Shown in pieces: positions 16,401 to 22,774 of a stretch of DNA of 32,365 nucleotides (position 1 is its first letter; each line of letters opens with the position of its first letter). A program made the translations under genes and the position numbers. Below the pieces are notes generated by a model that saw only the letters and a program-made list of their open reading frames with translations, had not been told where the DNA came from and did not search any database. Origin of the DNA: a virus (Duplodnaviria; Caudoviricetes); IMG/VR virus record IMGVR_UViG_3300017785_001899, positions 1 through 32,365 of that record, one strand, 5' to 3'.

Positions 16401-18150
16401 CAGCAATGTAAGATCCGTGGAAAAATCCCTTCGGAGAACCGTCTCTATTTTTTACAGATGGGCTTGCACCGCTGAGTCGGGTCGTGGTTTCCGGTGATGG
16501 TTTTTTAGAAGCTTCAGCAAACGAGAAGTCAGCACCATTGTCCTCATTGAACGATGCGCGAACAGCTTTGGCTTTGTTTTCCAGAGCCTTGATGTCCATC
16601 AGAGCATCTTGGCTGATGGTGAATGTTCCCTGCCTGTTTCCTTGATCGTCTTTGAGAGTGAACTGGAGAAGATCTCTTTTCTTACCTGACAGATCAGGAA
16701 CTCGATTGTCGAAATCCATGTTCTGATCGCGAATGGTCTGAGCGATCTGGATCGCCTCTTTGTAGAACTGAGGCATTGCCATCTCAGTGGTGACGCGCTG
16801 CATGTCCTCATCTGTTTGAGGATTGCTCGCAACACCAGCGTCCGATCTCGCTTGAGATTTATCTCGCAACTGGATCAATTCAGCAAGCTGTTCATCCGAT
16901 GCGTTGAGTCCGAGATCAACATTCTGCTTGTTGAACGACTGACCTTTTGCGCGGAACTCGTCCGCTGACATATCGGCAACAGATCGAGCGAAGTCCATCG
17001 CTTCTGGAGCGGCTTGTTTCTGAGGCTTGGCTTCAGCCGCTCTGCTCCTGTTGAACTCTTCTGCCACTGCGTCGAGAGTGGCTTGGTTCTGGTCAACTCC
17101 AGCAGGCGGGCTTGAGCCTCCTCCAGATGAAGCAAAAACACCACCAGTAACGGAGCCAGTTAAAGCCCCACTCGCAGCAGCCTCTGAAACACCCTCCTGC
17201 CACGGCTTTCCGCTAATGAGATTTGAGAACACCTGCTCAACAGCGGATTGGCCCATCTCCTCAACAAGCCCCTCTGAAACCATAGCCTTCACTATTCTTT
17301 CGGCTGCTGATTTTCTGGCTCCTGTTGTTAAAGCCCCAGCCATTGCTGAGTCCACGTCGGCAACTCCAAGCTTTTGAGAAACCTTTCCACCGACAACGCT
17401 GAGTAAAGATGTTGCGACACCGCTGGCAAGAGATAGCAGGGACTGCTCAAGTGTGAGAAGTCCACTGTCAGATTGTTCGCGGGCTTGTGTTGCTGTGCTA
17501 CCAGCGCCAGTCACACCCTCGCCAGCAGCGCCAGCAATGATCTGACCAAGCTTTCCAGCCTTGGCGAGAGTTGGGATAAGGGCGATCCCCTTCGACACCG
17601 CACCCCCGGCGAGCATCTGCGGTAAAGATTCAATAACCTGACCAGCTATCGAGGTTGGGTTTTTCAGTAGTGCCTCAATAGTTCCAGAAAAACCCTTCGC
17701 GTCTGAAACATCTTTGTTCGCAGCTTGCTGCTCATCGCTGTGAAGTTTCTCAAGAAACTCGCCAGTGATCTTCGGGCTGTATCCTGTGGCCCGCTCCAAG
17801 GCGTCACCAACTCCACCACCCGCCACAATGTCTGCAAGGCCAGTCGCTGCGGCTGGAACACTGACGACGCCTTTAGCAAGGCTTACAAGAGGATCTCGAA
17901 CAAGCGTGTTTCCAACATCGCCCAAAACTCTTCCTGTGGATTCCTTTTGATCTCCACCAACAACAGGAGCGAATCCACCAAGAGGATCTGATAAAGAATC
18001 GAGCGGGCCTAAGTTTGGGTATCCCGGAAGCCCTATTGGGCGCGAGACTGGCTGAGTCGCTTCAAGAGACAGATCCTCATCAATCTCGTCAAAGACGTTC
18101 TTTTTCTTTGAGGCTCTATCGGCGTCAATCTCATCAAACACATTCATCAC
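7423..18150 (-). CDS. Giant polyvalent internal virion (ejection) protein, 3575 aa, with ART-like, metallopeptidase-like and HhH-glycosylase-like modules
   Basis: Modules in order: Gly/Ala-rich hydrophobic N-region (~17970-17120); ART-PolyVal-like module 1 (FFHGS, GPMIYFT, FLDVKNPLD, GFDAI, AVFNPSQV; ~16450-15780); HDLYGH domain (~15400-14790); divergent ART-like module (ISHWS, RSYYG, LYD, GYVGY; ~14580-14190); HhH-glycosylase-like domain (VTMDRW, LQAVLW; ~13990-12900); MPTase-like LHEQAGH...EFIA (~12660-12130); ART-PolyVal-like module 2 (YHGTPH, GEGAQVYGWGLYFA, YNYVVFD; ~12060-11190); long helical C-terminal region. Located after tail and small ejection genes. Confidence 0.85.
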   Translation of the reverse strand: MMNVFDEIDADRASKKKNVFDEIDEDLSLEATQPVSRPIGLPGYPNLGPLDSLSDPLGGFAPVVGGDQKESTGRVLGDVGNTLVRDPLVSLAKGVVSVPAAATGLADIVAGGGVGDALERATGYSPKITGEFLEKLHSDEQQAANKDVSDAKGFSGTIEALLKNPTSIAGQVIESLPQMLAGGAVSKGIALIPTLAKAGKLGQIIAGAAGEGVTGAGSTATQAREQSDSGLLTLEQSLLSLASGVATSLLSVVGGKVSQKLGVADVDSAMAGALTTGARKSAAERIVKAMVSEGLVEEMGQSAVEQVFSNLISGKPWQEGVSEAAASGALTGSVTGGVFASSGGGSSPPAGVDQNQATLDAVAEEFNRSRAAEAKPQKQAAPEAMDFARSVADMSADEFRAKGQSFNKQNVDLGLNASDEQLAELIQLRDKSQARSDAGVASNPQTDEDMQRVTTEMAMPQFYKEAIQIAQTIRDQNMDFDNRVPDLSGKKRDLLQFTLKDDQGNRQGTFTISQDALMDIKALENKAKAVRASFNEDNGADFSFAEASKKPSPETTTRLSGASPSVKNRDGSPKGFFHGSYIAGNIKDAGDFKLDRLNKDSLFGPMIYFTDKWSAAAGQPIRNRLRSLVGLQPQGYSTKPTEQRDFFGTPEFTKEQLESPASPGVVSAFLDVKNPLDMERSISQEELAEALSKLPPEIATTIKNKIPPEASGLDLYKSLVSTAEYFYYRYSRSGNENMGSVGPIDFRDGAKPAAGQMVQAMGFDAISYLGGVRRGGVGKHSVIAVFNPSQVLEKSLTPVNKYGGADPKQKGADFSFADKPLNPGGSLESLPQALQDKSNAVQEAMRADFEKLKAQAAASVDTKQTSANIPYVEQTSAGSGIKPAVSSPAEGVETGRQEDSSEGPRKGSVPNQEVIAASDRYAASVGLPPIKKGLYAKVKESVARAIATAYDALPVFDEKAVPAYRQLEKEINAQWDHAVNDLGVTFESWTEPGQPYANSEEMSRDIRENNHLYFFQGGEPHPLFNVPDQNGITANDKLRAIHDLYGHAAEDFQFGPRGEENAWIKHSQMFSPLAQLALTTETRGQNSWVNFGSQNYDGQRRKNISPKDRPYAVQKVALLPSWATRFDTQQKSANIPYGQQSTAATAGTANTGAEASFALRTEKPGAKSSRPRTLAGKARKLVPGERGGRVTISHWSNVDLTKKKIDPKYHGKGIQGAERLRKAEYPNDFPARSYYGLSGYSPEQGLGPKRHDVEINADHLYDYKSDPDDIYEKAQDEAEKRFPRHFGERYDQAVNTIYERLISEAGYVGYYNGDFSVAAVFKALPGSGKADFSMAGRSPNRTAIDVLSGWPQKGIKPPQRVDFELSADDKAEGASGYSKVFAVADHLSRRVAEAFGALRELTEENAKKIASAMASEVEYAVGKNSKAVGWYGSQMRSAMRSLIERHPDLDGDKGRQAIIRAMIAITSNGQDVQSNFTRADELYGKWKQSGNVEVDGNWGGVNKNAINDGLKMLDKLIGVLGVENLPKFLSGKFTVGELRAAGLNITGEKSSHETFGSLVFGPKIGGGFYQNLSGNFDPVTMDRWFMRTFNRYRGTLTEASLAAIPRQIANLTSVLKSVPGSTQLRADAKRILAAIKSGTFDPYAEADNPGPLLDFAKKKLIEYTANGFRDRSDINRASQRLAEEFFGMNEAPANASERDFIRNSVNKAQQILKGKGINLTNADLQAVLWYLEKEVYGKLGATSKRAEPASYADAAKSIGRKQRDLFEEPERTGSVREEQSTGAETNRFGEVGKAVSPKKTLEVIKRRLLNRALRLSQEQATEESWAEKEPVTRESVQRELMDLQADFPSAVPVVVVNTYNDLPDELHQLAYAQGGNPALIGGVLYDGKVYIVASMMSSLAEARATWLHEQAGHFATDSTLGERLDGFMQQVYDSFKDHPLMEKMRKSYRNGSEIRLGREFIANLSENPTNDPNLWNKIVAMFRQFLRDAGWVKTVSENDIRVLLDSAMNKLMSQDTIVAGNATIFAPSLKMTGYHGTPHKIKDRFRTDRIGTGEGAQVYGWGLYFAQERRTANHYRNTLSTPDYWVDGKQIATDKPLDPVNIAIEKILLMGQDRAEAYASKISNLSGQSSKYWSSVLNKMVELRGKKIEQKAGNLYTVEINFDPENTMDYGGSAADLPEGIYNKLHDYVEKSGMLFDNPDENSPSNYFTAVTIREFLSAGTKLPGYRQSAGEFYENLGYQLNGNKAVSEFLLSLGIKGIKFLDQGSRQSGWVIEYDGKSETLSDREEAMARQEELEAEGYDTVISKPKVTYNYVVFDDGDITITQENGEVFKPEELIENPKRKDASFSFADQPELPGLTEAEKEQQRKATQGRFFTGDYTATDRQQQMADAKKFIEYTPNSEVIDSIAQFASGKSVPGLSQQNVSATIAAVMKRMFAKIGTSKNPAEVAELWRLMDRAKSLAQQEGSVVAQTLEARKVFGEELGFMSPVLAFRGLAQKAWAAAFGLPEGQSAEEVVSGTTRTATQEAGEEVQDEIEESEAEGLAQRIINEFAKSQSDTLSWPKKADASVKEVVKWFVLGDITDSEFSSTMDMLGIAKGTTDILLSVSQRERAIRKQWDDAKPKEAQDRKKNQAEMRKLRAQAMIALRLGATAENQVDAVISEFAKSQSDTPPAERAKQANGVKEAVKGMLNGDIKESEFDATLENIGIAATKRRILTSIVKREIEIRKQWKLQKEKEKQSALTAALLKSDSKIAAILNKAASEGGINWSELFLDESRATQKERREHLLAEIRKHPKLQGLTPEQSVMLENALSKAWEAARMQVFKREFAKRIKLPTVEAGEKLFKKVLPELIRQANLGTLDDSAFLNAFAKELGLPSLTGEAATKLTKLAQEAQTKPEGVLQNKILQQMIDVIQQSTPAHPLDIVRDYWYNNALSGTRTLTAILTGSWIHGAIMAAQQAMDAAILKRRPGTAGRILQAFLSDSLEGVANGWDVFKTGDYTRRAEFSGNINRLLSGQGKLDSLEGWLKHGNNWQKALGLTSYVRRAVVGLDYVGAIGTRGSGVIYNALLDSPEELQKAMTRFDKEKSAQAKKQAQAELGPDAKWVDVRARQLEILEAGISQQVKDNATVLGEIAALNAQPVGWGGVVYRLLESMPRAIQMGTGSSKPAAAFTAFVTKTAAGLAFARAAINMTQSASNWMPIVGGVNYARAIIGKKAPHMHWSRVFGILDNEGNPIPDDRRRLIAAAQVSGLALAAIAYAMTRGGGDDDEDKFDVSGSWYGLTPQQRKDKIEAGERPLSIRVGGRWINYGNLPFGGALAMIGNMRDKERKDGKRMSPDESMTRMVDAWASGLFYIKDLSVVSGLSRTLGISAMNTDESASALNRLVAQQAGNVAGLIPFNSTLREIDTFFDPNTYKPTSGIDYWIRGFPFVRRLVGEGPEYGMAGLPVENMLTPQSRIVAAKAKRDPVVAALSSIISKGGFPHHPDPSPTWIKNGQQLSAKDLPKESYEYQTTVIKRWREVMLVDADYLKTVTPDEYEEYFKESLAPIRDEVKMDIQEKIDPEALDAKGKVIKEYRK
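9961..10520 (-). repeat. Intragenic tandem duplication of a ~75-aa helical unit
   Basis: IINEFAKSQSDT...VKEVVK..VLGDITDSEF...LGIAK....ILLS...RERAIRKQW versus VISEFAKSQSDT...VKEAVK.MLNGDIKESEF...IGIAA....ILTS...REIEIRKQW. Confidence 0.85.
14580..14741 (-). CDS. Nested out-of-frame small ORF B (53 aa, MDNNQQQPQPEQQTPEQKQASRSEQKSRGLKALDQELSQAKPESLFPASAGGE)
   Basis: ATG lies 5 nt after the -10 of the internal promoter, in the +1 frame of the giant gene. TAA at 14582-14580 falls just before the ISHWS strand of the ART-like module. Confidence 0.55.
   Translation of the reverse strand: MDNNQQQPQPEQQTPEQKQASRSEQKSRGLKALDQELSQAKPESLFPASAGGE
14742..14774 (-). promoter_or_regulatory. Internal sigma70-type promoter, copy B
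   Basis: TTGACA (14774-14769), 16 nt ending in TGC, TAACAT (14752-14747), ACCTT, ATG 14741. Confidence 0.7.
15408..15539 (-). CDS. Nested out-of-frame small ORF A (43 aa, MSNKPAQGQESSQPFHRPPKGWKPGGKKIVVKGQGKAQSPIKK)
   Basis: ATG lies 5 nt after the -10 of the internal promoter, in the +1 frame of the giant gene. It ends in a tandem TAA TAG just before the HDLYGH domain and is below the ORF-track size cutoff. Confidence 0.55.
   Translation of the reverse strand: MSNKPAQGQESSQPFHRPPKGWKPGGKKIVVKGQGKAQSPIKK
15540..15572 (-). promoter_or_regulatory. Internal sigma70-type promoter, copy A
   Basis: TTGACA (15572-15567), 16 nt ending in TGC, TAACAT (15550-15545), ACCTT, ATG 15539. Confidence 0.7.
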
Positions 18151-18962
18151 TCAAGAGAGTATCCAGATTGGATCGCCCACTTAGCAGCAACAGCCCTGTC
18201 ACCACCTGCGCGATTCTCTAGTTCAATCATAAGCTCTTTCGGGATTCGACCATTCCTTGAATACTTCTTACTGGTTCCAAACACATTTTCAGGCCCATCA
18301 GGAGACTCGCGAACATTGTTTGGATCACCGATGTATCCATAGCTTTCAAGCGGCTTCTGGATTGGAGATTCGAGAGCGGGGGCTGGCGCAGCAGCGGCTT
18401 TCGGTGTGCTTCTGAACAACTCACGAGCGCCCCGCGCTGCCTGAAGAGCTTTATGAGCCTCTTCGCGCTGCCGGGGTGTTTTAGCATCCAAGACGGATTT
18501 GCTCGCTATCTTGATAGCATCGTCATGCTCTTCTCTGGTCTGTCTGTGGATGGGATCTTCCCTCTCAGGAGCGTCACCAGCGTAAGCAATGCTTTGCTCT
18601 CCGGTGTTGGGGTCTATCGCAATAACTATATCCTCTCCGTTTTTACCCTTCACTTTGAAAGTTCTAGGAGCGGAAGATTTTGGCTGCTGCGGGGATCGCC
18701 CACCGAAAGACTGAGTGAGTGGATCAATCAGTTCCTGACGAAGGTTCTGAGGCGAATCCTCTTCGAGAATGTTTCCGAAGGCGTCATTTCTTGGAGCTTT
18801 GCGGCGAGCATCATATTCAGCAAGCGCCTGACCCATCTGCTTCTCAAGATCGCCAGCCACGGAATACGAAAGCCCATCAGCAGACATGCCATCGCTTCTG
18901 CGTGATCGCAACACTTCCCGATCCATCGGATCGGCCAGTTCTCTGTTGATTGGTCGTGCCAT
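18147..18962 (-). CDS. Putative internal virion/ejection protein (271 aa)
   Basis: Charged low-complexity protein directly upstream of the giant gene, with the C-terminal AGGDRAVAAKWAIQSGY motif. Start moved from the track's 19061 to ATG 18962 (TAA-AATAT-ATG), which removes the overlap with the upstream gene. Confidence 0.65.
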   Translation of the reverse strand: MARPINRELADPMDREVLRSRRSDGMSADGLSYSVAGDLEKQMGQALAEYDARRKAPRNDAFGNILEEDSPQNLRQELIDPLTQSFGGRSPQQPKSSAPRTFKVKGKNGEDIVIAIDPNTGEQSIAYAGDAPEREDPIHRQTREEHDDAIKIASKSVLDAKTPRQREEAHKALQAARGARELFRSTPKAAAAPAPALESPIQKPLESYGYIGDPNNVRESPDGPENVFGTSKKYSRNGRIPKELMIELENRAGGDRAVAAKWAIQSGYSLE

Positions 18963-18967
18963 ATATT

Positions 18968-19471
18968 TTAATTGATGTTTCTCACGCCACCACCGATACC
19001 CCAAGAAGAACTCGATGGCCTGCCGTTGTAGGCGTCCCACCCTGAGCTTACCACCCCCCACTTCGGCTTGTTTGCTTCTCTCTCCTTCGCGAGCATACCC
19101 TGCCGCGCAAGACTGTTCGCAGCATTGGATTCATTCTGCCTGAACAAATTGTTCTGATCGAACTGTCTCTGATCCATCTGCTGCCCAGTTGTGGGAGCGA
19201 CAGTCCCAGAATAGCCAGTGACAAGCTTGAGCAGGTCATCAATCCCGCGCTGCTTCATCTCGTCGCTGCGTTTGTTGTGCAGATCGTATCCGAACGCATT
19301 GGACACACCGCTGCCGGGCATACCAGTTTTGACCCCAAACTTGGCAGCGCTGTTCTGTGATGGGCCTGTTGATGTTCCGCCCTTGAGCAGGTTTTCAATG
19401 ATGGACGACGCTGAAGATGTAAGCCCACTGAAGCCGGGGATGGATTGCTCGATAATGTTGTTGTATGCCAT
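18968..19471 (-). CDS. Putative small internal virion/ejection protein
   Basis: Gly/Ser/Gln-rich 167-aa protein (QQMDQRQFDQN) between the adaptor-like gene and the larger ejection genes. Confidence 0.6.
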   Translation of the reverse strand: MAYNNIIEQSIPGFSGLTSSASSIIENLLKGGTSTGPSQNSAAKFGVKTGMPGSGVSNAFGYDLHNKRSDEMKQRGIDDLLKLVTGYSGTVAPTTGQQMDQRQFDQNNLFRQNESNAANSLARQGMLAKEREANKPKWGVVSSGWDAYNGRPSSSSWGIGGGVRNIN

Positions 19472-19474
19472 AAC

Positions 19475-20524
19475 TCAAATTGGATTCTGGATCATCCTGT
19501 TACTGCCCATGACGTTCACGCGCACCGAGAGTTGATCCGATGGAGATTTGTCTCGAAGCTCAAAGTTCAATTCACGGATCGCTTTGAGCATGTATTTCTC
19601 AGCGTTCTCAGAATCTCCAGCCTCATCATACTTGATGGATTGGATCGCCATTGCAAGAGCGTCGAAGTCCGAGATGAGGAGGAAGTCATTCTCGCTCTGA
19701 ACGGGGATATACTGGAGCTTCACGATAGCTTCCATCTGCCACGTCTTTACGTCGTATTCATCTACCGAGTAAGGAGTGCAGGCCAGCGCAGGAATCGCCA
19801 TGTGACGATAGCTTGGATTCGTCTCGTTCGGTTCGTATGTGGCGAGCATCCGATACTTGAGAGTCACTGTGTCGTATTCGTAGAGATAGGCCATGCCCTG
19901 AGTGGCTTCACGAACGACAGATGTGATCCGAGTTACGAGCGGGGTCGGAGCGGGGATGCTTGGAGAAGCTGCCGTGAGTGTGACACCGTATTGCCAAACT
20001 CCAGAAACCTGCTCCTGAAGCGGCTGGTTTCCGTATTGAGTTCCGAAGAGTGTGATCGTCTTACCAACGTCTTGAGCTTTGACGACATGGTAGCGGATCA
20101 GTTTTCCTTCGTTGCCTGAGATCTGGTTGAAAACAGGAACGGTTGTTCCATCAATTCCAGCCGGGTTGTATCCACCAGCAGCAACACCGTATCCGAATCC
20201 GCTTCCATTGATCGCATTGTTCCAGCCACCAATGTTTCCGGGAGAGAGAATTGACCACCAATTATTTCGGATCTGCATGTAGTCAGAATTGCACAGGCGA
20301 AGTCCGAGAACTGTTCCGACGTGACGAGGAAAAACAACGTCGCAACCACCAGTGCAGAGACGCATCGCAACTTCAGTTCCGAACCAGCCGCCCCGCTTCA
20401 TCAAGCGGCGAGTCGCTCGGTTCACATAATCAGCAAACTGCTCCGTGTCGGCACAGACGCCTGAGATGTTTTTTATCCCAATGTCGTTTCGAGCATCGGA
20501 CAGTTGATATGTAAAGGCGCTCAT
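19475..20524 (-). CDS. Putative head-tail adaptor / tail tubular protein A-like
   Basis: N-terminal helices (YVNRATRRL) and C-terminal helices (DALAMAIQSIKYDE...AEKYMLKAIREL) around a beta core, the typical adaptor layout. Located in the tail module. Confidence 0.55.
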   Translation of the reverse strand: MSAFTYQLSDARNDIGIKNISGVCADTEQFADYVNRATRRLMKRGGWFGTEVAMRLCTGGCDVVFPRHVGTVLGLRLCNSDYMQIRNNWWSILSPGNIGGWNNAINGSGFGYGVAAGGYNPAGIDGTTVPVFNQISGNEGKLIRYHVVKAQDVGKTITLFGTQYGNQPLQEQVSGVWQYGVTLTAASPSIPAPTPLVTRITSVVREATQGMAYLYEYDTVTLKYRMLATYEPNETNPSYRHMAIPALACTPYSVDEYDVKTWQMEAIVKLQYIPVQSENDFLLISDFDALAMAIQSIKYDEAGDSENAEKYMLKAIRELNFELRDKSPSDQLSVRVNVMGSNRMIQNPI

Positions 20525-20560
20525 CAGCTTGTTAATACTTCGATTTGACGCTCACCGCAA
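20525..20560 (-). promoter_or_regulatory. Sigma70-type promoter candidate, leaderless
   Basis: TTGCGG (20560-20555), 17 nt, TATTAA (20537-20532), 7 nt, ATG 20524. It fills the whole intergenic gap. Confidence 0.45.
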
Positions 20561-20563
20561 CAA

Positions 20564-22771
20564 CTAAGGGCAAGTGCCTATAATTGCTGAAACTGACGCT
20601 GATTCAGCAGTCCCAAACGGGACAACGAAAACACTGGCTAATCCTTGAATCGTAATAACAGAAGCAACCCCAGCGGCTAGTGTAAATTGTATAGACCCGC
20701 TTGGAGTTGCTGGGGTTGGTGGTATGAACGGTGGAAAGCCGGGGTTGTATGAGTTTGTCTGGAGTATTGGAGATCCATCTTGAAAAATCTCAAAGTTTCC
20801 ACCAAGGCCAGTGATGTTGTAGTCAACACAGCAAAGCCCTCCGGGGCCTGTGTATGATGTAGTTCCTGAGAAATTAACAGAGGCAGTATTGAAAACACCA
20901 GAACTCGGAGCAGAAGCGGAATAGACGGCTGAATTTCCAAGAAGTGTTGCGCTGGCTATTCCAGCACCGCTCGTTGATATTCCCGGAGATCCCCAAACTA
21001 TTGCTGTGAACGAAGAGCAGCTATGAGGGACGACTGACTCAACGCTCAGATCGAACTCTTTCACGCACTGCTTCAGACCGTCTTGAACAAAGATGGCGAA
21101 GGTGAAGTCCCCCTCCTCAGTTGGGATTCCTGTGATCGCAGCGCTTCCAGCGAAGAGTGGATTAAAAACAAGACCATCAGGAAGTGATCCGTAAGCCCAG
21201 CCCCAGATCGGTGTTGATCCAAATCCAGTTGCCGCGATCACTTGATCGTATTGCTGATTCAGGTCGGCGCTTGGAAGCGGAGATGCCGTGCTGATTCCTA
21301 TGACATCTACCGTGTAAGTTCTCTGTCCGATAGCGTATGGATCTCCCGACTGCGGTGGTGGAGCGACAGCTTGGATCGTGAATGAAACGGGGCCAAATGC
21401 TGTTGGGCTTCCTGTGAGCAACAAGACATCGCCAGAAGATTGAGCGGCAGACATCCAAGACGGTTGAGAATTGTTGAGGAAATCAAATTGATCTATCACC
21501 CACAGAGAGGGCTGCGGAACGGCAGCGCTTGGCTGAACAAGTCCATAAACAATCTGGCCAAAGTCGGAATCAATACACGCCCAAGTCGGAAGATCTGAAA
21601 GAACGATCCCAAGCGTTCTCGCGAACAACTCCTCGGCATCACATTCGGCCTGCTGCTGCCCAGCCTCTTGAATTATCTGTTGCGCGGCAGCGTTGATTAG
21701 GGCCGGAGAGGATCCACAAGGAAGAACGCGAGTGATGTTGCTCTGACACCCCAAATACGAAAGGACTATGTTTGTGAAACAAGGCTCGGCTGGTGGAATT
21801 GGAAAATAAAATGTTCCCGGTGGATATGTGAACACTCTTGGAAACAGGCCCGGAGGACAAACCTGACCAGTTGGGCACTGGATCAAAAATGAAAGCGGTG
21901 TTCCATTAAAGAACAGCGCGTCCTGAAGGTTGTAGATCTCAACATCTGGAACTCCAGAATCGGGACAGGTTCTTGACGCACAACTCAGGACAGCGTTTGA
22001 AGCTGGGGCAATGTTTCCGGTCTGGATGTTGTAGATGTCGGCGTCAGGAAGAACAGAGCATGTCCTAGTGACGCAAAGAGACGACGAGTTCGCTGTTCTC
22101 TCTGATCCATCTTGGAGGCTGTATTCTGAGAAATCACCAACATCGCCACACGATCTGTATCTGCAAATAACAGAGAGAGCGTAAGGTGGTGGTGGTGGTG
22201 GCGTAGGCGGGATCGGGATTACTGCGACTATCACTGTGCAGAACCCGAAATCCTCTCCACTCTGGATGCCGGAAAGGTCAATATCCTGCCCGTAGATCAA
22301 AGCTGGAGTGCCAAAAGCCTCCTCGCTGGAGATTCCGGTTGGCTCTAAAAAAAGGCCAGTGGAAATGCTCAAGACTCCGAAATCCTCGGAACTTGCGATC
22401 CCGCTTGGGGAAACTGTGAGAGTTATTAAGGCAGAACCAAAGGCTTCAGCGCTGGCGATTCCGGTTGGCGTTACGGTCAGCGATATTAGTGGAGTTCCGA
22501 AAGCTTCAGCGCTGGCAATTCCTGTCGGAACTACAACAAATACGAGAGTTGGAGTTCCGAAAGCTTCAGCAGATGCGATCCCCGATGGGGAGATCGTGAT
22601 CGTGATGGATAGAGTCCCGAAGGCTTCTCCTGACGCTATTCCAACAGGTGTTACAATTCCGCCAGCGTCATCGTTGATGAGATCTTCATCAAACCATCCC
22701 TGAATGAGATTCTGAGTGTCTAACCACCCGGAATCCCTCAATTCAGGATCGAAGATTCCCAGCGGGTTCAT
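20564..22771 (-). CDS. Tail fibre / minor tail protein with GIASAEAFG repeats, Cys-rich repeats and putative Ig (He_PIG-like) domains
   Basis: Seven ~20-aa P.GI.S.E.FG repeats, a polyproline hinge and three CxxRxC repeats. GSLPDGL...ITGIPTEEGDFTF is a He_PIG-like motif. Confidence 0.7.
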   Translation of the reverse strand: MNPLGIFDPELRDSGWLDTQNLIQGWFDEDLINDDAGGIVTPVGIASGEAFGTLSITITISPSGIASAEAFGTPTLVFVVVPTGIASAEAFGTPLISLTVTPTGIASAEAFGSALITLTVSPSGIASSEDFGVLSISTGLFLEPTGISSEEAFGTPALIYGQDIDLSGIQSGEDFGFCTVIVAVIPIPPTPPPPPPYALSVICRYRSCGDVGDFSEYSLQDGSERTANSSSLCVTRTCSVLPDADIYNIQTGNIAPASNAVLSCASRTCPDSGVPDVEIYNLQDALFFNGTPLSFLIQCPTGQVCPPGLFPRVFTYPPGTFYFPIPPAEPCFTNIVLSYLGCQSNITRVLPCGSSPALINAAAQQIIQEAGQQQAECDAEELFARTLGIVLSDLPTWACIDSDFGQIVYGLVQPSAAVPQPSLWVIDQFDFLNNSQPSWMSAAQSSGDVLLLTGSPTAFGPVSFTIQAVAPPPQSGDPYAIGQRTYTVDVIGISTASPLPSADLNQQYDQVIAATGFGSTPIWGWAYGSLPDGLVFNPLFAGSAAITGIPTEEGDFTFAIFVQDGLKQCVKEFDLSVESVVPHSCSSFTAIVWGSPGISTSGAGIASATLLGNSAVYSASAPSSGVFNTASVNFSGTTSYTGPGGLCCVDYNITGLGGNFEIFQDGSPILQTNSYNPGFPPFIPPTPATPSGSIQFTLAAGVASVITIQGLASVFVVPFGTAESASVSAIIGTCP
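22230..22657 (-). repeat. Seven tandem 60-66 bp coding repeats (P.GIAS.E.FG)
   Basis: Visible in both protein and DNA, e.g. GGAGTTCCGAAAGCTTCAGC at 22491 and 22551. Confidence 0.9.
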
Positions 22772-22774
22772 ATT

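Noticed and set aside
7593-17879. Other alternative-frame minus-strand ORFs inside the giant gene (e.g. 7593..7946, 10473..10751, 14247..14561, 16875..17144)
   Set aside because: No promoter-ATG signature was found, and they overlap folded-domain sequence rather than linkers, consistent with chance open frames.
18963-19061. Track's N-terminal extension of the 304-aa ORF
   Set aside because: It overlaps the 3' end of the 167-aa gene. ATG 18962 follows the upstream stop with an AT-rich spacer like other genes.
22346-22353. In-phase T-TTT-TTA slippery heptamer / T7 run in the fibre gene
   Set aside because: The -1 frame closes after about 20 codons and no stimulatory structure was seen. A single 7-mer is expected by chance.
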